From the NCBI GenBank assembly GCA_018883365.1, contig VEQF01000001.1, positions 27,883 to 91,882 of the forward strand: a DNA stretch of 64,000 nt, given 5' to 3'. Shown in pieces: positions 37,103 through 47,201 of the stretch. Below the pieces are notes generated by a model. The model was not told where the DNA came from, made no database searches, and worked only from the letters and a program-made list of their open reading frames with translations. Positions within the stretch are counted from its first letter, which is position 1. Every line of letters starts with the position of its first letter. A program made the translations under genes and the position numbers. Source of the DNA: Candidatus Nanopelagicaceae bacterium. GTDB lineage: Bacteria > Actinomycetota > Actinomycetes > Nanopelagicales > Nanopelagicaceae.

Positions 37103-38329
37103 GTGCTCGAAACTTCAAGCGATAAGCCAGTACCAGTGAGAGTGGTCTCAGAGGCCATAAGTGAGTACATAAATCGTTTGGGACAAATCTGGGTCGAGGG
37201 TGAAATCGCTCAATTAAATGATCGCGCTGGATCGGGCATGGTTTATATGCGTTTGCGAGATCCCAGTGTCGATATGTATTTAGAGGTGACCTGCCCACGA
37301 GGTGTTTTTAAAGCGATTTCGCCCCTGTCTGAAAATGCCCGCGTAATAATTAATTCCAAAGTAAATTTCTATACGCCAACCGGAAGACTTTCCTTAAACG
37401 CAAAAGAGATTAGACAAGTTGGAGTTGGTGAATTACTTGCACGATTAGAGGCGCTAAAAAAGGTTTTAGCAGCCGAGGGCTTGTTTGCATTAGAACGAAA
37501 AAAGCCATTGCCATTTCTTCCCAACAAAATTGGCTTGATTTGCGGGCGTGCTAGCGCTGCTGAAAAAGATGTGAAGGAAAATGCGCGCCGTCGTTGGCCC
37601 TCGGTTAGATTTGAAACCCGCGAAGTCGCAGTTCAAGGCGCCGATGCGGTGATTCAAGTTTCTAACGCGCTTCGCGAACTAGATGCTGATCCGGAGATTG
37701 ATGTCATAATCATTACCCGTGGCGGTGGCTCATTTGAAGATCTACTGCCATTTTCAGATGAAGGTTTAGTGCGACTTGCTGCTTCATGTAAAAAGCCCAT
37801 CGTTAGCGCAATTGGCCATGAACAGGACACCCCGCTTCTAGATTTGGTGGCTGATTTAAGGGCCTCCACACCAACTGATGCTGCAAAAAGAGTTGTGCCT
37901 GATTTCCAAGAGGAACAAACCAAGATAAAGAATTTGCGGGACCGTGCTGATAGAAAAATAAATGATTTAGTAATTCTGGAGATGACAAAAATCGTGAATT
38001 TAATTCAGCGCCCAGTAATGAAAGACCCGCTTTTAATGGTCACTTCACGTGAAGAGATAATCAAAGGCTTTAAAGCTCGTTCATTTATGAGCATGCACTC
38101 TCGTTTAGTACGTGCTTATGATGAAGTGGCCCATATTGCAGCGCGAGTTCGCACCCTTTCACCACAAGCCACTTTGGATCGCGGATATGCGGTGGTGCAA
38201 AAGAGCTCCGGTTCCATTGTTACCGACCCCGCTGATTTGAACTCGGGCGAGGAGATTCGCCTCCGGCTAGCTAAAGGTGTGGCGGTTGCGACAGCGACTG
38301 GCCAAAGCTCAGAAAAGAAAAGCGAGTAG
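37103..38329 (+). CDS. xseA: Exodeoxyribonuclease VII large subunit
   Basis: OB-fold N-terminus (VWVEGEI-like: IWVEGEIAQL) and ITRGGGSFEDL, 408 aa. It is followed by xseB. Confidence 0.92.
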   Translation: MLETSSDKPVPVRVVSEAISEYINRLGQIWVEGEIAQLNDRAGSGMVYMRLRDPSVDMYLEVTCPRGVFKAISPLSENARVIINSKVNFYTPTGRLSLNAKEIRQVGVGELLARLEALKKVLAAEGLFALERKKPLPFLPNKIGLICGRASAAEKDVKENARRRWPSVRFETREVAVQGADAVIQVSNALRELDADPEIDVIIITRGGGSFEDLLPFSDEGLVRLAASCKKPIVSAIGHEQDTPLLDLVADLRASTPTDAAKRVVPDFQEEQTKIKNLRDRADRKINDLVILEMTKIVNLIQRPVMKDPLLMVTSREEIIKGFKARSFMSMHSRLVRAYDEVAHIAARVRTLSPQATLDRGYAVVQKSSGSIVTDPADLNSGEEIRLRLAKGVAVATATGQSSEKKSE

Positions 38330-38338
38330 ATTACGAAT

Positions 38339-38536
38339 ATGGCCCAGCTCAGTTATGAAGAAGCCCGCGATGAATTAACCAAGGTTGTCTCCGCTCTTGA
38401 AGCCGGCGGTGTTGGCCTTGAGGAGTCGCTAAAGCTTTGGGAGCGGGGCGAGGAGCTGGCTGCAATCTGCCAGGAGTGGCTAGATGGCGCCCGCGCCAAA
38501 CTTGAAGCGGCTAAATCAGAAGCTGAATCTGAATAA
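38339..38536 (+). CDS. xseB: Exodeoxyribonuclease VII small subunit
   Basis: 65 aa. SYEEARDELTKVVSALEAGGVGLEESLKLWERGEEL is the typical XseB helical hairpin. Confidence 0.9.
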   Translation: MAQLSYEEARDELTKVVSALEAGGVGLEESLKLWERGEELAAICQEWLDGARAKLEAAKSEAESE

Positions 38537-38548
38537 CGGAAAAATACG

Positions 38549-40204
38549 ATGCCTGAGTTTATTTATGAAGATCTTCTTCCAATTGGAGCGGACACAACTG
38601 AGTACCGATTAGTCAGTAAAGAAGGTGTCTCAACCTTCCAAGCCGATGGCAGGACTTTTTTAAAGGTAACGCCGGAGGCAATTAGAAACTTAACTCAGGT
38701 AGCAATTCATGACATCAATCATTACCTGCGTCCGGCTCATCTCCAACAACTAGCTAACATTTTGCAGGATCCAGAGAGCTCACCAAATGATCGCTTTGTA
38801 GCGCTTGATCTCTTAAAGAACGCCAACATCTCAGCTGGCGGCGTTTTGCCAATGTGCCAAGACACTGGAACCGCGCTTGTAATGGGTAAAAAAGGTCAAC
38901 ATGTTTTGACTGAAGAGCGGGATGAAGTGACTATTTCAAGAGGCATTTATGACGCATACACCCAACTAAACCTTCGCTACTCCCAACTAGCAGCGGTCAC
39001 AACCTGGGAGGAGAAAAACACCGGCAATAACCTTCCGGCTCAGGTTGAAATCTATTCAGATTATGAACACGCTGATGAGTACAACTTTCTATTTATCGCC
39101 AAAGGTGGCGGAAGTGCTAACAAGTCATTTCTATACCAAGAAACTAAAGCGGTTTTAAATCCCAAATCATTTATCGCTTGGCTCGAGGACAAACTCCGCT
39201 CCCTTGGCACCGCAGCTTGTCCTCCGTATCACCTAGCGATTGTCATCGGCGGAACCTCGGCTGAATTCACGGCGAAGACCGCAAAGCTTGCATCAACTAA
39301 GTATTTAGATTCTTTGCCAACAACTGGTAATGCCCAAACCGGTAGAGCATTTAGAGATTTAGAGTTGGAGAAAGAGGTCTTTGCGTTAACGCAAAAACTT
39401 GGGATTGGTGCGCAATTTGGCGGCAAGTATTTCTGCCACGATGTTCGAGTAGTGCGACTACCCCGCCATGGCGCCTCATTGCCAATTTCAATCGCTGTTT
39501 CCTGCTCCGCAGATCGCCAGGCCAAAGCCAAGATCACCAAAGATGGTGTCTTTATCGAAAAGCTGGAAACCGAGCCCGCGCATTTCTTGCCCGATACAAC
39601 CGATGAACATCTCGATGACAATGTCGTGAAGGTTGATTTAAGTCAGCCAATGGATCAAATCCTGGCTGAACTCTCAAAGCATCCAATTAAGACCCGGGTT
39701 TCTTTGACTGGAACCTTGGTAGTAGCCCGCGATCTGGCACACGCCAAAATCAAGTCTTTAGTTGATGAAGGAAAGCCAATGCCGGAGTACTTCAAGAAGT
39801 ACCCGGTTTATTACGCAGGCCCGGCAAAAACCCCGGCTGGATACGCCTCCGGATCATTTGGCCCAACAACCGCAGGTCGCATGGACTCCTATGTTGATTA
39901 CTTCCAATCATTGGGTGGATCAATGGTGATGTTGGCCAAGGGCAATCGCTCAAAGCAGGTCACTGAGGCATGTAAAAAACATGGTGGCTTTTATCTGGGA
40001 TCAATTGGCGGACCCGCAGCTCGTCTGGCGCAGGACTGCATTAAAAAAGTTGAGGTCTTAGATTACGAAGAGCTGGGCATGGAAGCGGTTTGGAAAATTG
40101 AAGTGGAGAACTTCCCGGCCTTCATTGTTGTTGATGACAAGGGAAATGATTTCTTTGCCGACAACGGCAAGCCATTAACTATCGGGGTAAAGCCAGAGGT
40201 TTAG
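38549..40204 (+). CDS. Class I (Fe-S, FumA-type) fumarate hydratase
   Basis: 551 aa with fused alpha/beta regions. Motifs are [16 protein letters not shown] and the C-terminal GPTTAGRMD. Confidence 0.93.
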   Translation: MPEFIYEDLLPIGADTTEYRLVSKEGVSTFQADGRTFLKVTPEAIRNLTQVAIHDINHYLRPAHLQQLANILQDPESSPNDRFVALDLLKNANISAGGVLPMCQDTGTALVMGKKGQHVLTEERDEVTISRGIYDAYTQLNLRYSQLAAVTTWEEKNTGNNLPAQVEIYSDYEHADEYNFLFIAKGGGSANKSFLYQETKAVLNPKSFIAWLEDKLRSLGTAACPPYHLAIVIGGTSAEFTAKTAKLASTKYLDSLPTTGNAQTGRAFRDLELEKEVFALTQKLGIGAQFGGKYFCHDVRVVRLPRHGASLPISIAVSCSADRQAKAKITKDGVFIEKLETEPAHFLPDTTDEHLDDNVVKVDLSQPMDQILAELSKHPIKTRVSLTGTLVVARDLAHAKIKSLVDEGKPMPEYFKKYPVYYAGPAKTPAGYASGSFGPTTAGRMDSYVDYFQSLGGSMVMLAKGNRSKQVTEACKKHGGFYLGSIGGPAARLAQDCIKKVEVLDYEELGMEAVWKIEVENFPAFIVVDDKGNDFFADNGKPLTIGVKPEV

Positions 40205-40785
40205 TAGTAGCGAGAGCGCTTGAATTTAGCGAGCGCCTTGCATGGTGTTTCATAACGAACATCGATGTAATGCAATCCCCATTGAATCTGCGTAACCGGA
40301 TTGGTGCGCCAATCTGTGCCGATTACCTCCATCTTGGTGGCTGGCAAAGCTTGGGGAATTCCATGTGCACCGGTGCGCTTATTTCGAGCCCGGTAATTCC
40401 AATGACTTTCCTTGGTCCACAAAGTATCTAGGCATGAGAATTGATAGCTTCCCCAGCCATATTTTTCCTTGGCCATCTCAGCGCCAATCTTTCGGGCGCC
40501 TTTAGGGGTTCTTGCCTGCTCAACCTTTTTCATCATGACTGAAACCATTAACATGTCCCAGGCCATAACTGAGGAGCGCTCACCCATCTCAAGCAAGGTT
40601 GGCCAGGTTGGTTCAGTCTCGCCAGGAATCTCTTCGGCTTGCAAGCCAGCCCGTAGATCTGAAACTGAGACCGGTGCTAACTCGACCTCAATTGGCAGAC
40701 TCGGTTGGGCATAGGCCACTTCGACGGTGGAGATAAAGAGGGTCGCAAAAGCCATACCTGCAACAACGAGACGTTGTCTTAGCAA
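40201..40785 (-). CDS. Secreted lytic-transglycosylase-like protein (SLT / APF C-terminal-like domain)
   Basis: AAGGAGG lies 6 nt upstream of the TTG at 40785. A signal peptide ends in VAYA-QP. The C-terminal segment is [27 protein letters not shown]...QIQWGLHYI. Confidence 0.65.
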   Translation of the reverse strand: MLRQRLVVAGMAFATLFISTVEVAYAQPSLPIEVELAPVSVSDLRAGLQAEEIPGETEPTWPTLLEMGERSSVMAWDMLMVSVMMKKVEQARTPKGARKIGAEMAKEKYGWGSYQFSCLDTLWTKESHWNYRARNKRTGAHGIPQALPATKMEVIGTDWRTNPVTQIQWGLHYIDVRYETPCKALAKFKRSRYY

Positions 40786-41013
40786 GTAGGACCTCCTTTT
40801 ACTTTTACGACAGCCCAAATCAGAATCAATCTGTAAGGGGAATGAGCGTTAGGGTGACAAAGCTTGGGGTGAGTCGCAAATTAAACCTCGCGAGTGGCGG
40901 AAAAAAAGAAAATCTCACAGGAACTGTGGAAAACAAAACCCCAGCTCACCACGTATAAAGTCCGATTTGTACCTTTTAATATGAAATTGATATAAAAACC
41001 GGTTTTTAAGGGT

Positions 41014-42336
41014 TTAAGCGAATAGTTGAACGGGATCCTCTAAGAGTTCAGTGACAAGGGCTGCGATCTGGGAACGCTCAGATCGGGTCAGGGTTACATG
41101 AGCAAAGAGCGGATGACCCTTTAAGGATTCAACTACCGCCACTACGCCGTCATGACGGCCAACTCGAAGGTTGTCCCGTTGGGCTACGTCATGGGTAAGC
41201 ACGACCCTTGAGCCTTGGCCGATTCGAGAAAGCACGGTCAGCAAAACCCCACGCTCTAATGATTGGGCTTCATCAACAATGACAAAGGAATCATGCAAAG
41301 AGCGACCGCGAATGTGGGTTAACGGTAGAACCTCAATCAAGCCACGATCCAAAACCTCTTCGATCACCTGCGGCGAAACCAATGCGCCCAAGGTGTCGAA
41401 AACCGCTTGAGCCCAAGGAGACATCTTTTCGCCTTCGCTGCCGGGCAGGTATCCCAGCTCCTGGCCGCCGACTGGATAAAGCGGTCTAAAGACCACAATC
41501 TTTTTGTGAAGTCCTCGCTCTAACACAGCTTCTAATCCAGCGCATAAAGCCAAGGCGGATTTTCCAGTTCCAGCCCTGCCACCTAGGGAGATGATTCCGA
41601 TTTCATTATCAAGCAATAGATCCAATGCGATTCTTTGTTCGGCAGAGCGACCATGAATTCCAAAAGCGCTCTTATCCCCTCTGACTAAAGTCAGGGATTT
41701 ATCGGAGGTGACCCGAGCTAAGGCGCTTCCTTTCTCAGAGTGCAGAACGACACCGGTGTGGCAGGGAAGATCTTTTGTGAGTGGATCACTAACCCGCTCA
41801 CCTGCATACAGCGCATCAATTAACTTTCCGCCAACTGTTGCTTCCACCATTCCGGTCCAACCGCTACTTGGCGCTAGCTCGGCGCGATACTCCTCTGCTG
41901 TGATGCCCACCGAAGATGACTTAACTCGCAGTGGTAAATCCTTGGTAACTAGAACAACATCTTTTCCTTCACTTACTAGATTCTTTGCTACCGCGAGAAT
42001 TCTTGAATCATTTGTTCCATCACGTAAAAAGCCGTGTGGCAGAGCTGAGGTATCACTATGGTTTAGCTCGACTGAAAGCGTTCCACCTGAGGCGGTTATC
42101 AGTATAGGGCGATCAAGTCGGCCATGGGAGATACGTAAATCATCTAATTGACGTAAGGCGGAGCGGGCAAAGTAGCCCAGCTCGGGATGGTCCCGTTTAC
42201 TTTCAAGCTCCCCGATAACCGCGATTGGAATGATGATTTCATGCTCATCAAATCTGAAGAATGCTGTCGGATCTGCCAGCAGAACGCTGGTGTCTAGGAC
42301 ATAGGTTTTCTGTCCCGCGGAGCTTTCCTTAGTCAA
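41014..42336 (-). CDS. phoH2: PhoH2: N-terminal PIN domain fused to PhoH-like ATPase
   Basis: The PIN start is YVLDTSVLL...[12 protein letters not shown]. The PhoH Walker A is [12 protein letters not shown], with VIVDEAQ. Size is 440 aa. Confidence 0.9.
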   Translation of the reverse strand: MTKESSAGQKTYVLDTSVLLADPTAFFRFDEHEIIIPIAVIGELESKRDHPELGYFARSALRQLDDLRISHGRLDRPILITASGGTLSVELNHSDTSALPHGFLRDGTNDSRILAVAKNLVSEGKDVVLVTKDLPLRVKSSSVGITAEEYRAELAPSSGWTGMVEATVGGKLIDALYAGERVSDPLTKDLPCHTGVVLHSEKGSALARVTSDKSLTLVRGDKSAFGIHGRSAEQRIALDLLLDNEIGIISLGGRAGTGKSALALCAGLEAVLERGLHKKIVVFRPLYPVGGQELGYLPGSEGEKMSPWAQAVFDTLGALVSPQVIEEVLDRGLIEVLPLTHIRGRSLHDSFVIVDEAQSLERGVLLTVLSRIGQGSRVVLTHDVAQRDNLRVGRHDGVVAVVESLKGHPLFAHVTLTRSERSQIAALVTELLEDPVQLFA

Positions 42337-42464
42337 AGTACTCCTAGCTAAACCGTTAAATTCAACTCAGGTATTAAGTTTTTTCACCGGGGACTGTGAT
42401 TGGAAAAAGGTAAATGTTGTTGCTCTTTAAATCACGCGACACGCTCAAGTAAAGGTTTAGGTTT

Positions 42465-43253
42465 TTACTTTCCTAATCTGCGCTCTCTTGCAGCGTATGA
42501 ACGCAGGGCACGTAAAAAATCAACGCGGCGGAAATCAGGCCAGTAAGCCTCGCAGAAGTAAAACTCTGATTGATGGCTTTGCCACAGCAAGAAGCCACCC
42601 AATCTCTGCTCGCCAGAGGTTCGAATTACCAACTCCGGATCGGGTTGCCCCGCCGTGTAAAGATATGGACTTAGTGAATCAACGGTTAGTTCATCAGCAA
42701 TTTGTGGCAAGGCTTTTCCAGTCGTGGCCGATTCCTGCAAATACTTTTTAAAGGCATCAACGATTTCTAATCTGCCACCGTAACCGATCGCTACGTTAAC
42801 TGTGATTCCTGGAATCTGCGCGGTTTTATTTTCTGCATTTTTCAAACGTTGCGCCAGCGCAGGAGGTAAAAGCTCGATGGATCCCACTGGGCGAATTTTC
42901 CACCTGCCAGTTGCGCTCAAATCATCAACGGTTTCACCGATGATCGAAATCAGTTTTTCTAACTCCTCTGGAGACCTTTTCAAGTTGTCACTCGATAACA
43001 ACCAAAGAGTCACAACATTGATTTCGGTCTCTTCGCACCATTGAAGCAATTCAATAATCTTGTCTGCGCCGGCTTTGTGCCCTCTGGAGGATGAAACATC
43101 TCCACTTGGTGAGGGGTTTTCCTTGGCCCACCTGCGATTTCCATCAAGAATCACGCCAATGTGATGTGGGGTTCGGGTTAAATCCAATTTCGCCATCAAC
43201 CGGCGTTCATAGACCGGATACAGCGCAGACTTAACCAAAGAGCGGATATTCAT
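42465..43253 (-). CDS. cis-Isoprenyl diphosphate synthase (UppS family; short-chain Z-prenyl transferase, Rv1086-like size)
   Basis: HIGVILDGNRRWA, and ...IRTSGEQRLGGFLLWQ, 262 aa. Confidence 0.9.
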   Translation of the reverse strand: MNIRSLVKSALYPVYERRLMAKLDLTRTPHHIGVILDGNRRWAKENPSPSGDVSSSRGHKAGADKIIELLQWCEETEINVVTLWLLSSDNLKRSPEELEKLISIIGETVDDLSATGRWKIRPVGSIELLPPALAQRLKNAENKTAQIPGITVNVAIGYGGRLEIVDAFKKYLQESATTGKALPQIADELTVDSLSPYLYTAGQPDPELVIRTSGEQRLGGFLLWQSHQSEFYFCEAYWPDFRRVDFLRALRSYAARERRLGK

Positions 43254-43267
43254 CTTTATGCCGGCCG

Positions 43268-43576
43268 CTACTTAGAGAGCGGAAACTCCTTCATGACCCT
43301 ACGTTCCGCTACAAAAGAGGCGATCGGCAAGGTTCCGGCCAAAATGAAGAACACCATCCGCTTGATAGTGAAACGTGCGCGGGCGGTGAAATGAATAGCG
43401 GCCAAAACATAGAAGGCGTAAACATAACCATGAACAAAAGGAATCCATTTAACTTTCTCGGCCAAATCAGGGTTATCCAGCAGGTAAACCACTGGGAGTT
43501 CCACAAACCAAAGTAATAAGGACATGATTCCTGCGGCAAAGGCCATGAATCTAAATCTCTTTATGACGCCATTCAT
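43268..43576 (-). CDS. DUF3817-like small membrane protein
   Basis: The ATG at 43576 overlaps the SURF1 stop (ATGA). It has three TM helices and begins RFRFMAFAAGIMSLLLW. Confidence 0.55.
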   Translation of the reverse strand: MNGVIKRFRFMAFAAGIMSLLLWFVELPVVYLLDNPDLAEKVKWIPFVHGYVYAFYVLAAIHFTARARFTIKRMVFFILAGTLPIASFVAERRVMKEFPLSK

Positions 43577-44274
43577 TTGTTGCTCTCTTCTCTCCTGCGG
43601 CTGTAGAACGGTAGAAAAACTACTACCAAGGCCATGAGCCACCAAATAACGACATAAGAAATATGCTGCCAGTAATAACCAGGCACTTTGGGCTTAACGG
43701 GATCTACCTCTACTCGCTTTAACTCCAGTGGCTTTCCGTTTACTGATTCGGATTGCGCTACGACATATCCGTCATAAACCGGCATGTCATAGGTTGAAAC
43801 TAGTAGCGATGGATCAAGCCGACTTAGTTGATCTTGCGATTTCGCCGCACGATCTTCAAACTGTCGCACCATCAATCTGCCCTGAACAAATACCTCGCCT
43901 TTGGGAATCTCTTCATCATTCAGTGAACGCACCACCAGTATTGCCCCGCCGCCATTTACCTCAAGCAATCCCACTAACCATTTACCAACTGCACCATTTT
44001 TATCTTTTTGTCCCGGCGCATCGAACTGGGCAACATACTGGCCGGAAAAAGTTACTATTCTATTGATCGCACTATCGGGCAGATTTGAAGCCGGTTTTGC
44101 TACATCACTTAATGCAACAACTGGTTGCTCAATATAAGGTTTTTGTAACTCTTTTAACTCTGTAGCGCGATCTAATTGCCAGATGCCCAATCGGACAAAC
44201 ACTCCGGCCAAAATTGCTACGACAAGTATGAAACCGAGTTTTGGAAATTTAGATTTATTATTTGGATTCATCAT
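43573..44274 (-). CDS. SURF1-like cytochrome oxidase assembly protein
   Basis: N-terminal TM helix followed by LGIWQLDRA, and a C-terminal TM helix after YVVIWWLMAL. This is the typical SURF1 topology. Confidence 0.8.
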   Translation of the reverse strand: MMNPNNKSKFPKLGFILVVAILAGVFVRLGIWQLDRATELKELQKPYIEQPVVALSDVAKPASNLPDSAINRIVTFSGQYVAQFDAPGQKDKNGAVGKWLVGLLEVNGGGAILVVRSLNDEEIPKGEVFVQGRLMVRQFEDRAAKSQDQLSRLDPSLLVSTYDMPVYDGYVVAQSESVNGKPLELKRVEVDPVKPKVPGYYWQHISYVVIWWLMALVVVFLPFYSRRREESNK

Positions 44275-44401
44275 TAAGGCGACGATCTTCCATGCGTTTC
44301 CAGCGTTTGTAGAAACTGCGAAGCAAAATCACAGTTGCTAAGGTCAGAAAAATCATCGTAACTGAGCCCGCTACTCCGGCGTCATACACAGGTTGTTCCA
44401 T
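44258..44401 (-). CDS. Possible 47-aa single-TM protein
   Basis: GGGAGA lies upstream of the ATG at 44401. Translation: MEQPVYDAGVAGSVTMIFLTLATVILLRSFYKRWKRMEDRRLNDESK. It overlaps the SURF1 start by 17 nt. Confidence 0.35.
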   Translation of the reverse strand: MEQPVYDAGVAGSVTMIFLTLATVILLRSFYKRWKRMEDRRLNDESK

Positions 44402-44415
44402 GACATCATTCTCCC

Positions 44416-44838
44416 ATGTCCGCCAATAACTCAAATCTGGACCCAGAAACCTCAGAGTTATTGCAGCAAAGATACGGTTATCGCAAAAGCTCAAAAGGGT
44501 GGAAAATCTCAGCCTTGCTGGTCTTCGCCGTATTTGTGCCTTGGCTAGTGTGGAGCGCTTGGCATCATTCCAACCCTGAAATTCGGGTGACCTTAATTAG
44601 CTTTCAAAATGAATCTGAGAAATCAATAGAGATTACTTACCTGGTAGAAAGACGAGATCCAAAACAGCCACTGAGTTGCACGCTCCTAGCCCGAGACATC
44701 GATAAAAATGTAGTTGGCGAGATTGAGGATCTGGTACCAGCATCAACTACTCGTTCCAAAACGATTACCACCACAATTCCTACCCGCATCGCCCCAGTTA
44801 ACGCTGCAGTTTTAGAATGTAATGCAGCACGAAGCTGA
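44416..44838 (+). CDS. DUF4307-like membrane-anchored protein
   Basis: 140 aa with one TM helix followed by a beta-rich domain (EIRVTLISFQNESEKSIEITYLVER). It lies upstream of greA, as in other actinobacteria. Confidence 0.55.
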   Translation: MSANNSNLDPETSELLQQRYGYRKSSKGWKISALLVFAVFVPWLVWSAWHHSNPEIRVTLISFQNESEKSIEITYLVERRDPKQPLSCTLLARDIDKNVVGEIEDLVPASTTRSKTITTTIPTRIAPVNAAVLECNAARS

Positions 44839-44859
44839 AGAAAGTACGCTTATCCCCTT

Positions 44860-45333
44860 ATGACCAAGACCTGGCTTACTCAAGAAGCAGCAGATCGTTT
44901 AGCTGCTGAACTCGCGCATCTAGAAACAACTGGACGTTCTGAAATTGTTAAGAAGATTGAATCAGCAAGGGCTGAAGGTGATTTGAAAGAAAATGGTGGG
45001 TACCACGCCGCTCGAGAAGAGCAGGGCAAGATGGAGGCCCGCATCAGACAGCTCAAACACATGTTGGAAAATGCAGAGATTGGAACTCCTCCTGCAAGTG
45101 CTGAAGGTGTTGTTGCCCCTGGCATGAAAGTAACTGTTGAGATTATGGGTGATGAGATGCAGTTCTTACTTGGATCACGTGAAATTGCTTCAGGTGATCT
45201 GGATGTCTACAGCGAAAAGTCTCCGTTAGGTAGCGCTGTAATGGGAGCCAAGGTGGGCGATGAAAAGAGTTACACCGCCCCTAATGGCAAGAACATCACA
45301 GTTAAGGTTTTGCAGGCTGAGATTTACAGCTAA
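44860..45333 (+). CDS. greA: Transcription elongation factor GreA
   Basis: The coiled-coil N-terminus contains GDLKENGGYHAAREEQ, and the C-terminal domain contains SEKSPLGSAVMGAKVGD. Confidence 0.93.
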   Translation: MTKTWLTQEAADRLAAELAHLETTGRSEIVKKIESARAEGDLKENGGYHAAREEQGKMEARIRQLKHMLENAEIGTPPASAEGVVAPGMKVTVEIMGDEMQFLLGSREIASGDLDVYSEKSPLGSAVMGAKVGDEKSYTAPNGKNITVKVLQAEIYS

Positions 45334-46134
45334 TTATTTAGCTGCGGTATTGATGTACTTGCGTACGCTCAATGGAATGAAAATCGCCATAATCAAAACC
45401 ATATAAATCAAGGACATTTCCAGTGGGTTTTGGCTGGGCCAAGAGTTAGCGGTAACACCAAAGATATTTTGTAGACCAAACAACTCTCTACATCCTGCCA
45501 CCATGGTTGAAACCGGATTCCATTCTGCAAAGTACTGCAAAGCTTTTGGCATTCCAGTTGTTGGTGCAAAAGCATTGGAAAGGAAGGTCAGAGGAAACAC
45601 CGCAATAAACACCGCAGCATTTGCTACTCGGGCAGAACGCACCGATAGACCAATTAATACGCCAATCCAAGACATGGCAAAGCCAAACAACAATAAGAAT
45701 GCAAAGCCCAGAATCACATTGAAAAATCCGGATGATGGACGCCAACCAACTAAGAATCCAGCCAGACCCATCACTGTGAGAACCACGATATTTAAGGTGC
45801 TATCTCCCAATGCTCTTCCAAAAACCACAGCAGAGCGTGATATCGGTAGAGATCTAAAGCGGTCAATCAAACCTTTTTGCATATCTTCAGCCAAACCAAC
45901 TGCGGTGCCAGCAAGGGTAAAAGCCACAGTCTGAACAAAGATTCCAGGCATTAGCAGCTGGACATAATCAACACCAGGTATGCCCGTTGAAATTGAGCCA
46001 CCGAATACATAGCGGAATAACAAAACAAACATCACTGGTTGGATAGTCGAGAAAATTAACACCTCAGGAACACGTATTAGTTGAAGAAGTTGGCGCTTTG
46101 TGACAACTAGAGAATCAGAGATTGCGTATTTCAT
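45334..46134 (-). CDS. ABC-2 type exporter permease
   Basis: 266 aa with 6 TM helices. It is translationally coupled (overlap 46131..46134) to the upstream ATPase gene. Confidence 0.8.
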   Translation of the reverse strand: MKYAISDSLVVTKRQLLQLIRVPEVLIFSTIQPVMFVLLFRYVFGGSISTGIPGVDYVQLLMPGIFVQTVAFTLAGTAVGLAEDMQKGLIDRFRSLPISRSAVVFGRALGDSTLNIVVLTVMGLAGFLVGWRPSSGFFNVILGFAFLLLFGFAMSWIGVLIGLSVRSARVANAAVFIAVFPLTFLSNAFAPTTGMPKALQYFAEWNPVSTMVAGCRELFGLQNIFGVTANSWPSQNPLEMSLIYMVLIMAIFIPLSVRKYINTAAK

Positions 46135-47126
46135 TTCTTTTTCCTCTTTCGTGCGCGCGGATCAACAGCTTCCTCTTCCTTCTTTTCCTCAGCTGCGTGA
46201 CCGGTTAGAGATATGAATACATCATCTAAAGATGGCCGTTTCAATCCAATATCTAACGGATGAATTCCCGCTTCATCTAATGATCTGGCAGCTTCAATCA
46301 ACGCTTTGGAGCCGGTGGTCACCGGCGCAGAAACTTGACGAGCATTTTCTTCCACCAAAGCTTTTCCGCCACTGATTTTTTCCACGATTTCAGTAACTTT
46401 CTTGAGATCCTGGCTTTCGGCCACAATCTCAAGGCGCTCTCCGCCAACCTGACGCTTCAACTCATCGGAGGTGCCGCGAGCAATAACTGTGCCATTGTCG
46501 ATAACGGCAATGTCATCAGCTAATTGATCAGCCTCTTCTAGGTATTGAGTTGTCAACAAGAGAGTAGTGCCATCTTTTACAAGTGAATCAATTACTCCCC
46601 ACATCTCTTGACGGCCTCTGGGATCAAGTCCAGTTGTAGGTTCATCCAAGAACAAAACCTTTGGTCTAACAATCAATGAAGCTGCAAGATCAAGGCGACG
46701 ACGCATTCCGCCGGAGTAAGTTCTAATTGGTCGCTTTGCTGCTTCGGTTAAGGAAAACTGCTCTAATAATTCAGTTGCTCTTTGCTTAGCTGCTGATGGT
46801 GATAGGTGGTAGAGCCGACTAAACATCACCAAGTTATCCCAGCCGGTTAATGTTTCATCGACAGCTGCATACTGACCAGATAATCCAATTACTTCGCGAA
46901 CTTGATCTGGATTTTTAATTACATCAATGCCTGCAACTGTTGCATATCCAGAGTCAGGATTAAGTAAAGTGGCAAGAATTCTTACCGTGGTTGTCTTTCC
47001 AGCGCCATTTGGTCCCAATACGCCTAGAACAGTTCCTTCTTCAACATCCAAACTCAAGCCATTTAAGGCTTTGACTTGGCCTTTGTCATAAGTCTTAACT
47101 AGATTTTCTGCAATTACGCTTTTCAC
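46131..47126 (-). CDS. ABC transporter ATP-binding protein (DrrA-like)
   Basis: GPNGAGKTTT, YSGGMRRRLDLA and LFLDEPTTGLD motifs. The start is uncertain: GTG 47126 gives MKSVIAENLVKTYD, and TTG 47162 is also possible. Confidence 0.88.
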   Translation of the reverse strand: MKSVIAENLVKTYDKGQVKALNGLSLDVEEGTVLGVLGPNGAGKTTTVRILATLLNPDSGYATVAGIDVIKNPDQVREVIGLSGQYAAVDETLTGWDNLVMFSRLYHLSPSAAKQRATELLEQFSLTEAAKRPIRTYSGGMRRRLDLAASLIVRPKVLFLDEPTTGLDPRGRQEMWGVIDSLVKDGTTLLLTTQYLEEADQLADDIAVIDNGTVIARGTSDELKRQVGGERLEIVAESQDLKKVTEIVEKISGGKALVEENARQVSAPVTTGSKALIEAARSLDEAGIHPLDIGLKRPSLDDVFISLTGHAAEEKKEEEAVDPRARKRKKK

Positions 47127-47201
47127 TGACCTAAGGGTAGTAACCTTGTCTCTTCGCTCCAAATCAAGCCTGAAAATGGGTACGAAATACGTTAGGAATT
47201 C

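Noticed and set aside
36804-37298. A 164-aa minus-strand ORF spanning the ispH 5' region and the xseA start.
   Set aside because: It lies out of frame over two well-supported genes (ispH, xseA), has Arg/Leu/Pro-rich shadow-ORF composition, and has no motif.
40786-41013. A ydaO-type (c-di-AMP) riboswitch upstream of the secreted SLT-like gene, as is common for actinobacterial cell-wall hydrolases.
   Set aside because: The hallmark conserved blocks I remember for ydaO (GGGGACCCA, GGGGUGAAUC, CAGCUAACCUCGUAAGCG) are not present on either strand. Only generic GGGG/CCCC pairings are.
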